From Hypanus sabinus (taxonomy: Eukaryota): DNA of 64,000 nucleotides. Below, one piece after another: positions 10,861-23,149 of this stretch; within the stretch, counting starts at the first letter, position 1; each line of letters opens with the position of its first letter. The stretch covers positions 89,838,001-89,902,000 of the forward strand of contig NC_082712.1 in NCBI RefSeq assembly GCF_030144855.1, given 5' to 3'. A program made the translations under genes and the position numbers. The notes below the pieces were generated by a model. The model ran no database searches and was not told the origin of the DNA. It was given only the letters and a program-made list of their open reading frames with translations.

Positions 10861-12678
10861 GATTTAACATATCATATTTCCAATATTCAAGAAGGAAGAA
10901 AGTGAAAAGACAAGAATTTATGGGCTAGTTTGTCTGATTTCAGTGATTGGGAAGATGCTGAACTTGATTAGTACAGATGTAGATGAAAGGCACTTGGAGG
11001 CACATGATAAAATAAGCCAAAGTCAGCCTGGTTTCATTCAGGGGAAATCTTTCCTGTCAAATCTGTCAGAATTCTTTGAGAAAACAACAAGCAAAGTAAA
11101 CAAACAAGAATCAGTGGATGTCACGTACTTCGAGTGTCAGGAGGCCTCTGACAAGGTGCCACACGTGAGGCTGCTTAACAAGTTAAGAGCAGATGGTATT
11201 ACAGGAGAGATGGTAGCATGGGTTAAACATTGGCTGATGGGCAGAAGGCAAACATTGGGAATAAAAGGAGCCTTTTCTGGTTGGCTGCCTTGAGACTAGA
11301 GGCTTTCCACAGTGGTCTGTGTTGGGACAACTTACTTCTACATCATCAGCCTTGGATGGCAGTTTTTAAATCTCTGCTGCCTTGCAACCATACCTATTCA
11401 TCGGTATGGCTCAGGAGTAAACCCTGAGGAAGAAATCTGGAGCCAGGGTCCCTGAATTAGTTTGATGTTGCTTACAACTTCACTCTGGCAATCCCTGCTA
11501 CAACACTGGTGCCAAGCTGTGTCGGTGCTTGCCCTTCCCTTGGACTACATCAGTGACACGGAGAGGGTGAACCCGCTGCATGGGCAACAGGGGCAGTTCT
11601 TTGAAACTTCCTGCCCAGGCTTGCACCCTGGAGAGGGCAGTCCAACAGAGGTCCAAACCCAGGATCCCCTGGGATTGACGGCTGCCTACCATCTGCGATG
11701 AGAGATGCAAGTGTGATGCTAGAATTCCTTTGAGAGGACTTGATCAGAAAAGGAAGGATGTAACATTGAGGTTTTTTAAAGCACTGGCAATGTTGCTGTG
11801 GTGGGGGAATGAAAACCTAAGATACATAGCCTCAGATTGGAGGGATGTCCATTTAGAACAGCGAAGAGAGGGAATTATTTTTAGACAGAGTGTGGTGAAT
11901 CTGTGGAAAATGTTGCAGAGGCAGCTTTGGTAGCTTTAAGGCACAGGATGCCAGATTCTTGGTCAGTCATGGCATGAAGGGAATCGGGGAGAAGGCAGGA
12001 TATTGGGGCTGAGACTGAAATGGTTCAGCCATGATGAAATTGAGGGGGGGAGCTGACTCAATGGGAAAAATGGCTCAATTCTGCTCCTATATCATATATG
12101 TAATATATCACCCAACACCACAGTGAGCTGTGGGCTGCATCACAGGAGAATGCGCTGAGAAGCACACTGAAGCACACATCTTGCTTCAGTCCTGCTCAAA
12201 GTCAAAGTCGAGCCCAAAGTCACGTTTATTGTCAGAGGAACAATTTTATGTGTGTACAGATACCATGAAAAGCTGGCTGACAGCTGCATCACACACATAG
12301 CATCAGATAAGCAGCAAGCAAGACATTCATTATACACAAATTATATACAATTCACTAGAAAGTGAAGTCTATTTCAGTGCAAAGTCACAGTTGTCAAAAT
12401 GTTACTGAGCTCGAGTGATGAGGATTGTGCCGGTTGTTTCAGGAACGTAATGGTTGAATGAAAGTGGGTCTTTTTTAACCAGTGATGTGGGAATTTAGGC
12501 TTCTGTACCTCCTGTCTGTGAGCAGCTGGCATGCCCTGAAAGCTACAGATATTCACTGATGGATGTTGCCTTCTTGAAGAGGCGCCTCCAGTAGACTTTG
12601 CTGATGGTGCGGAGGGCTGTGCCTGTGATATACAGTATGATATTGCACTGTAGACAGGTGGATGAGGGGAGGGAGGAC

Positions 12679-13651
12679 TGTTGCAAGGGGGTCAGTGATA
12701 GCGGTCCTACGTGCAGGACACAGAGGTACCAGGAACGGGGCTAGGTTTATCGAGAAAGCAAGGGAAGTCGGGAGGAAACTATGCTTGATATGGACACAGG
12801 CCTTGGGCAAGACAAGGAGACTGGGCCTGGGCTAGGACCCAGACTAGGAAAACGGGACCTGGACAAGGAACTTGGAACTAGGAGCCTGGACTAGGACTTC
12901 GAGCCAGAGACTGGACAGGGGGCCCGGAACATGGGTCTTGATCCAGGCGAGGACTCGGGACTAGGAACAGTCTAGACACTAGATAGTACTGGGAATACGA
13001 AGCCTTGACTGGGACTGGACGAGATCCTAGGACTAGGCTTGGACTGGACGAGGAATCTCCAGCACAGGACTGGGCAAGGTTCTCCTGGGCTGGGCGAAGC
13101 ACATGAACTGGAAGAGGCAGCAAAACTGGATGAGGACACAGAGCTCAGAGTTGGATGGGGCTGGAACACGGCGCCTGGACTAGACATTGGAACACAGGAA
13201 CACAGAGCCTTGGACCTGAGCACAGGAACACAGAACACAGAGACAGGACCCCTCCTTGTGAAGCGGACTTGGGGCCGGAACTCTTCTTTGACAGGGACAC
13301 TAAACATGGGGTCACATAGAGACAGTTCCAAACTCAACGATAGATAGTTCTTTATCTTGGAGTGTCAAGGCTCCTGTCTCACTCCGGCGGTTGAGCTGCA
13401 CAGCGATGCTAGCACGGTTGCAGGTAAGGTAGCAGACGAAGGCCAGTGCCGAAGTAACTGCCAAGGATTCAGAAGGAATAGGGAGAGAACAGTCCAGTGA
13501 CCGATCCCTGCTTTGCAGAGGTATTTATGTGCCAGCCCGAAATGAGAATCAGGTGCCTCAATGGAACCAGGGAAAACCAGAAAACCTGGAATAAGGATTC
13601 TTTGACCAGACCGTGAACCGGAATGTGGATTTCACGGATCAGATCATGACA
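12679..13651. mobile_element. Solo LTR (973 bp), same family as 8940-10007
   Basis: TGTTG...CATGACA termini; perfect 5-bp TSD aggac (12674-12678, 13652-13656); shares blocks such as gagacagttccaa and atgagaatcaggtgcc with the first LTR. Confidence 0.85.
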
Positions 13652-13659
13652 AGGACGCA

Positions 13660-14690
13660 CGAGAAGTTGAAACTTGAAGTCAGGTAAGTAGCAAATGGAA
13701 GGGGCTGGAGGAGAAGGAACTTGATCGGAGAGGAGAATAGACCGTGGGAGAAAGGAAAGTATGAGGGGCACCAGGGAATTGACAGGCAAGTGAGTAGAAG
13801 GGGTAGGAGGCCACAGTGGGGAATAGAAGAGGGGAAACAGTGAGAAAAAATACCAGAATGAGAAATTCTTCTCCATGGCAGGTGAAGTGTGGCCTCAACT
13901 GTAAGGACTACTTGGGGTCCTGACTCCAGGCTAGACAGGAAGTGAATTGACAGATGTAACATTTCTTTCATTTGCAGGACATGTGCCAGGAGGGCAGGAG
14001 GGAGATTAATAGGGAGGAATGAATAGACAGGAAATCATAGAGGGATCGAGCCCTGCGAAGTGTGCAGAGTGAGGGTGAGGAGATATAATTTGTGTATGAA
14101 GATGATGGAAGCTCTGGAAAAGTTTGTGTTGGATGTGGTGGAGAATGTGGTGATAAGTGAGGACATGTGGAACTCTATCTCTGTTAAAGCTGCTGGAAGA
14201 TGGTGTAAACGTGGATATTCAGGAAATTGAGGAGATGTGGGTGATGGCAACATCAATGGTTGTGTAAGAGAAACCCAGTTTGAGAATGAAGACATATATG
14301 ATGTCCTGGAAAGTTAAGCTTCATCCTGGGAACAGATGGTGTGGATGAAGTGCAGATGGCCCTTCCCTCTATACCTTAGCCTAACCTGTTACCTCTTCTC
14401 CTCACCAGCGCAATAGCCTCCCCCTGTTGGACTCCTTCCCCCTAGCCATCATTGTCCAATCTCCTCTCCTAGGTCAGGTTCCTTGTTCTCCAGCCCTATA
14501 GGTTTCGCACCTTCTAACTAGCCCTCTGCCCCATCCCTCACCTTTTCATTCTGGCTCCATCCCCTCCCTCCCCAGTCCGGTAGAAGGGTTTCAGCCAGAA
14601 ACCGAATCTGTGTATTCATTTTGATTGACCTGCAGGGCTCCTCCAGCATTCTGTGCATGTTCCCCTGGATTTCCAGTGACTTTAAAACCC
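13660..14690. mobile_element. Penelope-like fragments (antisense about 13660-14340, sense tail about 14350-14690); paralogous to about 49480-50620
   Basis: Antisense similarity to the GIY-YIG/3' region of the 55049-58070 element, then the sense tail motif. Confidence 0.6.
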
Positions 14691-14831
14691 CTTGTGTTTA
14701 TGGCATTGCACTATTAATATATTCATCAACAAAACTGAAGAGGGAATTTTCAAAATAGTTGACATCACTGAACAGTATTGGCGATCCAAGCCGTGAAATT
14801 ATCCCGCATGTTTGGGAATTAGTTCTAGGGT

Positions 14832-14837
14832 TTTATT
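14832..14837 (-). terminator. Polyadenylation signal AATAAA downstream of the tail exon
   Basis: tttatt on +, about 210 nt after the stop; the paralogous site near 50840 has lost it. Confidence 0.55.
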
Positions 14838-15049
14838 ACACAGGTAACGCTGAGGTGTTGCACATAAACCATAAATACCCAGAAGAGATAGGAACACCAC
14901 AATGCTTAGATTAGCCCCTGTCCCTGCTGCTTCGAGTTCTGTCACAGTGACGTGCTCTCACTTTGCACTGATGAGAGATCTTCCATTTCACCTGGTGCCC
15001 AGACCAAGGTTAAACTGTCAGTCCCCGAGCCATCTGGGAGAATTAATTC

Positions 15050-15102
15050 TCAGAGCTGTGTCTCCTGGAATGTCTCCTTCTTCAGTCCCCGAGAGGTGGC
15101 AT
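15050..15102 (-). CDS. Terminal cytoplasmic-tail exon (D-ATSRGLKKETFQETQL*), no tyrosine; usable by gene 2
   Basis: Acceptor tttgcctgtttacag; phase 1; TGA at 15050-15052; paralog at 51097-51116; downstream AATAAA. Confidence 0.7.
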
Positions 15103-15296
15103 CTGTAAACAGGCAAATGGATTTTTGATTGTGAACTGAACCAGCAGAAATGGTGCAACAGGAAATCAGGACATCTGCTTATCCAAGATGGTGACAGCCG
15201 AAGATAGTGTGCAGAAGTCTTAGACTCATTTACATAGTGTAGTGTAGCTAGGGAGATGACGATATTTGTGCAATACTGTATTTGTCAACCTGGAGT

Positions 15297-16880
15297 GAAC
15301 ATAGAACCTAGAACATTACAGCACATTGCAGGCCTTTTGGCCAATAATGTTGTGCTGACCATGTAATCTACTCTAGAGACTGCTTAGAATTACCCTAGCA
15401 CATTGCCCTCTACTTTTTCTAAGCTCCATGTACCTACCTAACAGGTTCTTAAAAGACCCTACTGTATCTATTTCCACCACCTCTGCCCGCAGTGCATTGC
15501 ACACACCCAGAACACTCTGAGTGAAAGACTTACCCCTGACATCCCTTTGGTACCTATTTCCAAGCACCTTAAAATTATGACGCCCACCCCATGCTAGCCA
15601 CTTCAGCACTGGAAAAAAGCCTCTGGCTATCCACACAATCAGTGCCCCCCCCCCATCATCTTACACACCTCTATCAGGTCACGCCTCATCCTCCGTTGCT
15701 CCAAGGAGAAAAGGGCAAGTACATTCAACATTCTCATAAGGTACGTCCTCCAATCCGGGTAGCATCGTTGTAAATCTCCTCTGCACTCTTTATAGTATCC
15801 ACATCCTTCCTGTTGTGAGGTAACCAGAACTGAATACAGTACTTCAAGTGAGGTCTGATCAAGATCCTATGTGGCTGCAACATAACCTCACGGCTCTTGA
15901 ATTCTATCCCACGGCTGATGAAGGCCAACACACCGTACTTCTTCTTAGCAAGACTGTCAACCTGCACAGCAGCTTTGAGTGTCCTGTCAACACGGACCAC
16001 AAGATCTCTCAAACCCTCCACACTGCCAAGAGTTTTACCATCGATACTATATTCTGTCTACAAATTGGATCTACCGAAATGAATGACTTCACACTTATCT
16101 ACATTGGTCCATCTGCCACTACCCAGTTCTGCATCCTATCGATCTGCTACCGTAACCTCTGACACCTCTCCAGACTATCGACAACACCCCCAACCTTTGT
16201 GTCATTAGCAAACTTCTTACTAATCCACCCTTCCACTTCCTCATCCAGGTCATTTATAAAAATCACAAAGAGGTGGGGTCCTAGAACAGAGCCCTGCTGA
16301 ACACCACTGGTCACCGACCTCCATGCACAATATGAACCATCTACAACTACCCTTTGCCTTCTGTCAGCAAGCCAATTCTGGATTGACATAGCAAGGTCTC
16401 CCTGGAGCCCATGCCTCCTTCCTTTCTGATGGAACTTTGCATGGGGAATCTTATCAAATGCCTCGTTGAAATCCATATACACTACATCCACTGCTCTACC
16501 TTCATCAATGTTTTGTTACATCCTTAAAAAATTCAATCAGGCTGATAAGGCATGACCTGCCCTTGACAAAGCCATGCTGACAATCCCTAATCAGATTATG
16601 TCTCTCCAAATGCTCATAAATTCTGCTCCTCAGGATCTTCTCCAACACCTTGCCCACCACTGAAGTCAGACTCACTAGTCTATAATTTCCTGGGTTATCT
16701 CTACTCCCTTTCTTCAACAAGGGAACGACATTTTCAACCCTACAATCCTCCGGTACTCTCTCGTCCCTATTGATGACTCAAAGATCATTGTTAGAAGCTG
16801 AATAATCTCCTCCCTCGTTTCACACAGTAACCTGGGGTATATCACACCTGGTTCTGCTGACTTATCTAACTTACCCTTTC
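15297..16880 (-). mobile_element. 5'-truncated CR1 LINE (RT to 3' end)
   Basis: ORFs DVVYMDFNEAFDKIPH...GVQQGSVLGP...FANDTKVGG; 3' tail tgtgctgtaatgttctaggttctatg. Confidence 0.9.
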
Positions 16881-17934
16881 TCTCTCCCTTCATGATTTTT
16901 TTTGGCAGCAGTACAGTATAATGCATAACATTACTACGTGCTGTGCAAAATTACCAGGCTCAATACTGTGTACTGATTGGTGATGAACAGAATTACGTGG
17001 GGAGCAACATCCTATACCCAAAACAGTGGCACTGAGAATATAGTGGTGAGCAGCCTTCCATACGATATTGAACAGACAATCAGTGGCCACCTTATTAGGA
17101 TCTCCGGTACATCTGCTGGTTAATGCAAATATTTAATCAGCCAATTATGTAGCAGCAACTCAAGCTGTAAAAGTATGCAATAAAGTTTATGTTTACCTTT
17201 CACACTCTGAGCCTTTGATCTCTAGTGGGGAATCAGACAACACAGGTATAAACTCCTGAAACCCAGGGATTAGATTCCAGCCTGTACCCCACCCTTGGGA
17301 TCTGTTATTGACTGTATAAATACTGCAAACCCTTGAAAAACTATGTGTGAGTGTGTGTTTGTACATGTGTAGATTCCAGCCTGTTATTATCCCAGCCTGT
17401 TATTATTCCAGCCTGTTATTCACTTATAAACACATTAAAACCTTGTATTGGATTCCAACCTGTAACAATCCCCGGGAATTTGTTCTTGACTAAAACCCAG
17501 ATCTCACTCTGCCGCCCTTCAAGTTCTCTCTGCCCGATCTGTCTTGCCCTCCCTGCAATCAGCCATACAAGCCACAACGAATGGTCTTGCTGGAAAAACC
17601 CATACCCTTCAGCAGCCCCCCAGTGTGAACCCCGACTTTAGCAACAGGCCTTTCCCGGATCTCCTGTTCCCCATTTCTACTCTTCATACCCGTTAGCGGG
17701 TGGGAAGCACTTCAAATCGTTCCTCATCTCCGGTGAGGTTGCTATTCAAATGCAGGCATTTGTCCCTCCAAGCCGGGAAGGCATTGCACGGGTTCCTCTC
17801 TGAAATGGAGACGCGGGACTGGAGGGAGCCCTCCATAAATGGTGCTGAGTATTCTCGGAGGGGTTGGCTGATATGAGGAGGGGAGGTGAGAAATGGGGAT
17901 AAAGGTGGTATGCAATGAAGCTGTGTCTACTCAC

Positions 17935-17968
17935 CCACTGTCAACACCAGACAGAGCAAAATGTCCAT
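17935..17968 (-). pseudogene. Orphan signal-peptide exon (MDILLCLVLTV) of an internally deleted paralog lacking D1, D2 and TM
   Basis: Kozak gatgccATGG and donor G|GTGAGT; 9-bp in-frame deletion versus gene 1; flanks 17180-18380 homologous to gene 1 intron 1 and promoter; no Ig exon downstream. Confidence 0.8.
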
Positions 17969-18389
17969 GGCATCTCCCCCAACAACATTTCCTCTCTGGA
18001 CTTGCTCGCATCAGTTGTTAACACTACTATGACTTGACTGCCCTGTCAATGAGTCAGTGTTTCTGCTTTCTTCAGTCCCCTGACTCCGCCTCCAGCTCTT
18101 GGGTTCCATCACCCCTCAGGACATTTCCCTTGCTCCTGCCCCACATGTCGGTACCTACACGGGGGTCGGCTTGTGTGTCTTAAATGGGGAATGAGGGAAA
18201 TATTGCAGTGGGGTAGAGTTGATTACGGGAGAGTCACACGGTGAGGAGAGTCAGTGAAAGGGGAAAGCGTTGGAGCAAGAGGCGGAAGTTATGGTATTGC
18301 ATATTTCAAACGTTCTGAAGTCTACAAGAGACTCTTTCTTCCAAATTATTGGGAGAAAATTGATTAGGTAATTACTTGATTGGCAGCAA

Positions 18390-20375
18390 ACTATGGTGCT
18401 ACAGGAAGGATACTGGCATACACAGAGGAATAGCTGATAAGCGGGATGCGTTGAGTGGTGATAAGGGGGGCCTTTTTTGGTTTGCTGCCAGTGACTAGTG
18501 GTGTTCCTTGGGTCAGTATTGGGACCACTACTTTTCAGATTGTTTGTCAATGATTTAGATAGTATATTGACGAATTTGTGGAAAAGTTTGTGGATGATAT
18601 GAAGATAGCTGGAAGGGTAGGTAGTGCCGAGGAAACAAAGCAGGGCTTAGACAAATTGGAAGAACGGGCAAAAAAAGTGGCAGATGGAATACTGTGTTTG
18701 GAAGTGCATGATAATGCATTTTTCTAAAAGGAGCAATATTGCAGACTATTATCTAAGTGGGGAGGAAACATCAGAGGTGCAAAGGGACTTGGGAGTCCTC
18801 ATGCAAGACTCCCAGAAGGTTAATTCTGTGGTCAAAAACGCAAATGCAATGTTGCCATTTATTTAAAGGGAAATAGAATATAAAACAAGCAGATAATGCT
18901 GAGGCTTTATAAGACACTAGTTGGGCCTCACAGAGTATTGTTATCAGTTTTGGGCCTCTTATCTCAGAAAGGATGTATTGTCATTGTAGAGAGTACAGTT
19001 CGCAAGGATGATTACAGGAATGAAGGGGGTTAATATATAAGGATCGTTGGCAGTGAGCTTGTACTCGCTGGAATTTAGAAGAATACATTTGTATATCACT
19101 GAAACCTTCTGAATGTTGAAAGGTCTAGATAATGTGAATGTGCAGAGGATGTTCGCTCTGGTAAAGGTATCCAGAACTAGAGGGCACAGCCTTACAATTG
19201 AGTGGCAACCTTTTACAACAGAAGTAAGGAGAATTTTCGTTTAGCCAAAGAGTGGAGAATTTGTGGAATACTCTGTCAAATACCACAGTAGAGGCCAAGT
19301 CCATGGGTATATTTAAAACGGAAGTTGATATATTCCTGATTGGTCAGGGCATCAAAGGATAGTCTGAGAGGGCTCACAATATGGGATTATATGGGATCTT
19401 GGATCAGCCAAGATGAAATGGCAGAGAGGTCATAATGGGCTGAATGGCCTATCTCTGCTCCAATATCTTTTGATCGTATGATACAAACATCTGTACGAAG
19501 GGCACTGATCAAGAATTTGTGCCATATATGTTGTTTGACTGCAGTTCCTAAGAGGAGCCAAGGAAACATCAAATTGCTAAATTGATTTCTTTGGGACAGA
19601 TGGAGTTTAACCTGGAAATTTTATTAGGATATGACTCCTATTGTAATATGCATGTGAATGTGAATTTGTCTTCCTGAAAAGCATTAAAATGCTTGATAAT
19701 TTTTGAGATATTTTTGGGGGAGCTTATAGCTGCTGAGTCTTTGCTTTACACTCCCATTCAGCAGGTGCCAGTAATGCACATTATGTCGGTCTGTCACTGG
19801 CATTTAACTTTGCAAGATGAAGAAGAATAAGACTGAACATTGTGGCAGTGTGGAAGACACTACCCGTATGCTGGAATTTCAAGTGTTATTATCAATGGAA
19901 AGATTCCAGAGGAAGTTCACAAAGATAATTCCAGAAAAGAAGGGGTTAACATATGAGGAACATTTGGCAGATTTGAGCCTACACTCACTGGAATTTAGAA
20001 TATGCCTGGGGATCTCAATGAAACCAACTGAATGTTGAAAGGTGGACATGGAGAGAATGTTTCCTATGGTGCAGGTACCAGAACCAGGGGGCACAGCCTC
20101 AAAATTGAGGAGCAACACTTTCGAGCAGAGGTATGGAGGAATTTCTTTAACCAGAGAGTTGTAAATCTGTGGAATGCTCGGCCACAAACTCAAGGAGAGG
20201 CCAAATCTGTGGGTATATTTCAGGCAGAAGTTGATTGTTTCCTAATCAGTCAGAGCATCAAAGGATCTGGCAAGAAGGCAGGTGGGTTGGTGGGATCTGC
20301 GATCAGCCATGATGGAGCAGCAGAGCAGAATCTATGGGCTGCATATCCAGGTCTACTCCTATGTCTTACAGTCTT
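18390..20375 (+). mobile_element. Two decayed CR1 3' segments (about 18390-19480 and 19890-20375)
   Basis: RT C-terminal remnants and CR1 3' tails; paralogous to about 46130-47190 and 53580-54085. Confidence 0.8.
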
Positions 20376-20384
20376 ATGTTCATT

Positions 20385-20830
20385 TAGTGGCCTCCATATT
20401 AGGTGTACTTGTACACCTGCTGGTTGAACCAAAAATTTAAACAGCCAATTATATGGCACAACCTCAATGCAAATAATGCAAGCAAATATGGTCAAACTTC
20501 AGTTGTTGTTCAAACCAAATCTCCGAATGGGGAAGAAATGTCATCGAGCTAACTTGGACGTAAGACTAAGTATCTTCAAAATTGCTGATCTCCTGTGGAT
20601 TGCATGCACAATAGTCTCTAGGCTTCACAAAGAATGTTGTGAATAACACAACAAAAAACAATGAGCAGATGTTTTGTGGAGGAAAGCACCTTGTTAATGT
20701 GAGAGATGAGAGGAGAACGACCAGTCTGGTTGAAGGCGACAGTGACTCAAAGGCCAACATGTTCCAACAGTGGAGTGCAGAAGAGCATCTCTGAATGCAC
20801 AACACAGCTAACCTGACGTGGATAGGCAGG
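20385..20830 (+). mobile_element. Tc1-like transposon fragment (paralogs about 33645-34070 and 54100-54400; short piece 17080-17178)
   Basis: Decayed transposase N-terminus MGKK...SIFKIADLL...VSR (HTH-like) after a cagtggcc...tattagg terminal motif. Confidence 0.65.
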
Positions 20831-21542
20831 ACAATTGTCTAAAATGCTAATTAAATTAATTGTATACACGTGTATGGATATGTAATGATTAATGTTGAAA
20901 TTAAACTTGAGTCAACACTGGGTTCCACTCTTGCACCAAATAGAGTGGCCACAGAGTAAAGATCAGGACATCATAGGAAAAGGCACTTCGGCCCATGATG
21001 CTGTACTGATCTAATAAAACTAGTAATGGCACAGTTAACTAACTTGGCTACATGAGAATATCTCTCCATTCTCTTCATGTCCATGGGAGGAGGTGATCAT
21101 TTTAAACTGCTGCAAAGTTGGTGCATCTCTGGAATTCTTGACAAAATCATCTGGATCATTACGGATTGGAGGGGGACGGACTTTCCAACACTTCAATATT
21201 GAGGTTCCCCGCATCTGGCAGGGAAAGTGAGATGACACCTGGGGAACCTCTGCTGAAGTTTCATTAAAGACTGGGGCGTATTTGAGGGGTCGAGTAGCCT
21301 AATCCTGCTCCTGTTTTCCGAAAGGAACGTGATGGGGAAGGATAGGCTTGGCATGCTGAGAATCACCATGGTAGAGTTTTCAGTGAAGGAGGATGGGCTG
21401 TTACAAAGTCTGGAACCATCATTCAGAGCCCCAGATTGTGCTCGACTGTGGACGGTACATAACAGTACAGCAAGTCTAATGGGAGGTTGACATGATTCAT
21501 TTAGTCGGACAGGGATCTGCAAGAACAGAGAATGCAGGTTAC

Positions 21543-21677
21543 CTGTAACTGGGTTCCTCTTGATGAGGTAAATGCCCACGGTCCACACCGCTACCAGCAG
21601 TCCCAGAACCAGCGCTGTCCGGATCATCAGGATGGAGCCGTGGCTCAGGTTCCTCATCTCTTCAGTTACTGTGATCG
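21543..21677 (-). CDS. Gene 2 TM exon with Arg (A-ITVTEEMRNLSHGSILMIRTALVLGLLVAVWTVGIYLIKRNPVT)
   Basis: Acceptor gaccccacag and donor G|GTAACC; 135 bp, phase 1-1; hydrophobic helix containing Arg, then KR. Confidence 0.85.
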
Positions 21678-22299
21678 CTGTGGGGTCAATGAACATCTTG
21701 TGAGTTGAGATCCAGAGCAGTGACAGGAGGAAAGGGCAGACAGAGCAACCAGTTATGGGGTAACTCATGAGGTCAAGGTTGGAGATTGTGACCCAATGCT
21801 ACAGGAGAGGGGAGAGTCAGGGGCACTGGAGGGGGGTTTTGAATATTCCTGAGGTGTCTCTGACTCTGGTGAGTTGTGATTGTGATTCAGCAGAGGTACA
21901 GTGTGCCAAGCAGGAGAGTTTTCCGTACCTTGAGGAGAGGGGGACTGAAAGACCATGATAAAAATGATGTCTCAAACTTTAGGAAGCATCCCAGGGCTTG
22001 GAGAGAGGGGACTTGAAGTTTACAAGAAAGTATGTGATTGGAAGAACAAAAAATCAATGTCCATTATAGTCCAAATTGACACAGGATTGGTCTATTAAAG
22101 TAGTGGTTAGTTTTGTGTCAGTTGTCTGAAGAACCAGATGTCTGAAGGGATGCAGCTATTCTTGAACCTGGTGGTGAGGGACCTCAGTCCTCTATACCTC
22201 CCCTCAGTGGTAGCTGCCTGAAAATGGTTTAGAGCAATTGGTTGGATCATTCATCATGGACGTTGCTGATCAGTAAATTCACAGATAAGCATAGATTCC

Positions 22300-22965
22300 T
22301 TAAAGGTGCAGGTCGATAGGGTGGTTAATAAGTCATATGGTCGGTGGGCCATCACTAGAGGGGTGGGATGGAGTTCAAGGGTGATGAGGTGACGTTGCCG
22401 TACTATAAAACCTTGATTAGATCACATTTGGAATATCACATTCAGTTCTGGTTACCACTGTACGGGAATGCTGTGGAGGCATCAGGAAGGCCACAGAGGA
22501 GATTTAGTGGGATGGTACCTGTGCTGGAGAGACTTTCCAATGAAGGTAGGTTGAGCGAGCTCATGCTTTTCTCTTTGGAGCAATGCAGGATGAGAGGTGA
22601 CTTGATAGAGGGACACAAGATGATAACAGACCTGTATTCAGTGGGTAGTCAGTGACATTCCCAGGGGTGCATTGCTGTCTAACAGGTGGTATGCTTCTAA
22701 AGTGATTGGAGGGAAGTATCGGGGGAATTTTAGAGGTATGTTTGTATTTACACAGACAGCTGTGGGTGCATGAAACACCCTACCAGTATTTGCAGTAGAG
22801 GAACATAAGGAGGCATTTAAAAAAAACTCATAGACAGGAACAAGGATGATAAAAAAATGGAGAACTGTGTAGGAGAGCTGGGTTAAATTAATCTTAGACT
22901 GGGACAGAATGTCGACATAATACATGAATTGAAGGGCCTGTACTGTGCTGTAATGTCATACGTTT
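22300..22965 (+). mobile_element. CR1 3' fragment (paralogs about 35540-36200 and 58890-59550)
   Basis: LIRSHLEYHIQFWLP...RGDLIE; tail gggcctgtactgtgctgtaatg. Confidence 0.8.
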
Positions 22966-23149
22966 TACAATGTGAAAATCAATGATATTGCTGACAGTGT
23001 GGAGGGTAAACTTGTCAATACTGAAACTCATTGTGTTGGTGAAATGGGCTGAGATATCACAGAGGATATTTATTCTGGACAAGTTTGAGCTAAAAGACTG
23101 GTGACATTAATGAGACAAGTGAAGTAGGAATTGATATGAAAGGTGAGGA

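Larger units (their letters stand above)
8040..12095 (+). mobile_element. Decayed CR1 LINE ORF2, interrupted by a solo LTR, an antisense CR1 and a dispersed repeat
   Basis: Endonuclease/RT-like fragments (HRPP, FDKVPH-like DKVPHVRLLNKL) and CR1 3' end ctgctcctatatc near 12090. Confidence 0.8.

Noticed and set aside
9012-13347. Repetitive Gly/Leu/Asp/Thr-rich ORFs (9012-9251, 13039-13347)
   Set aside because: They lie inside solo LTRs built of short degenerate repeats; no protein motifs.
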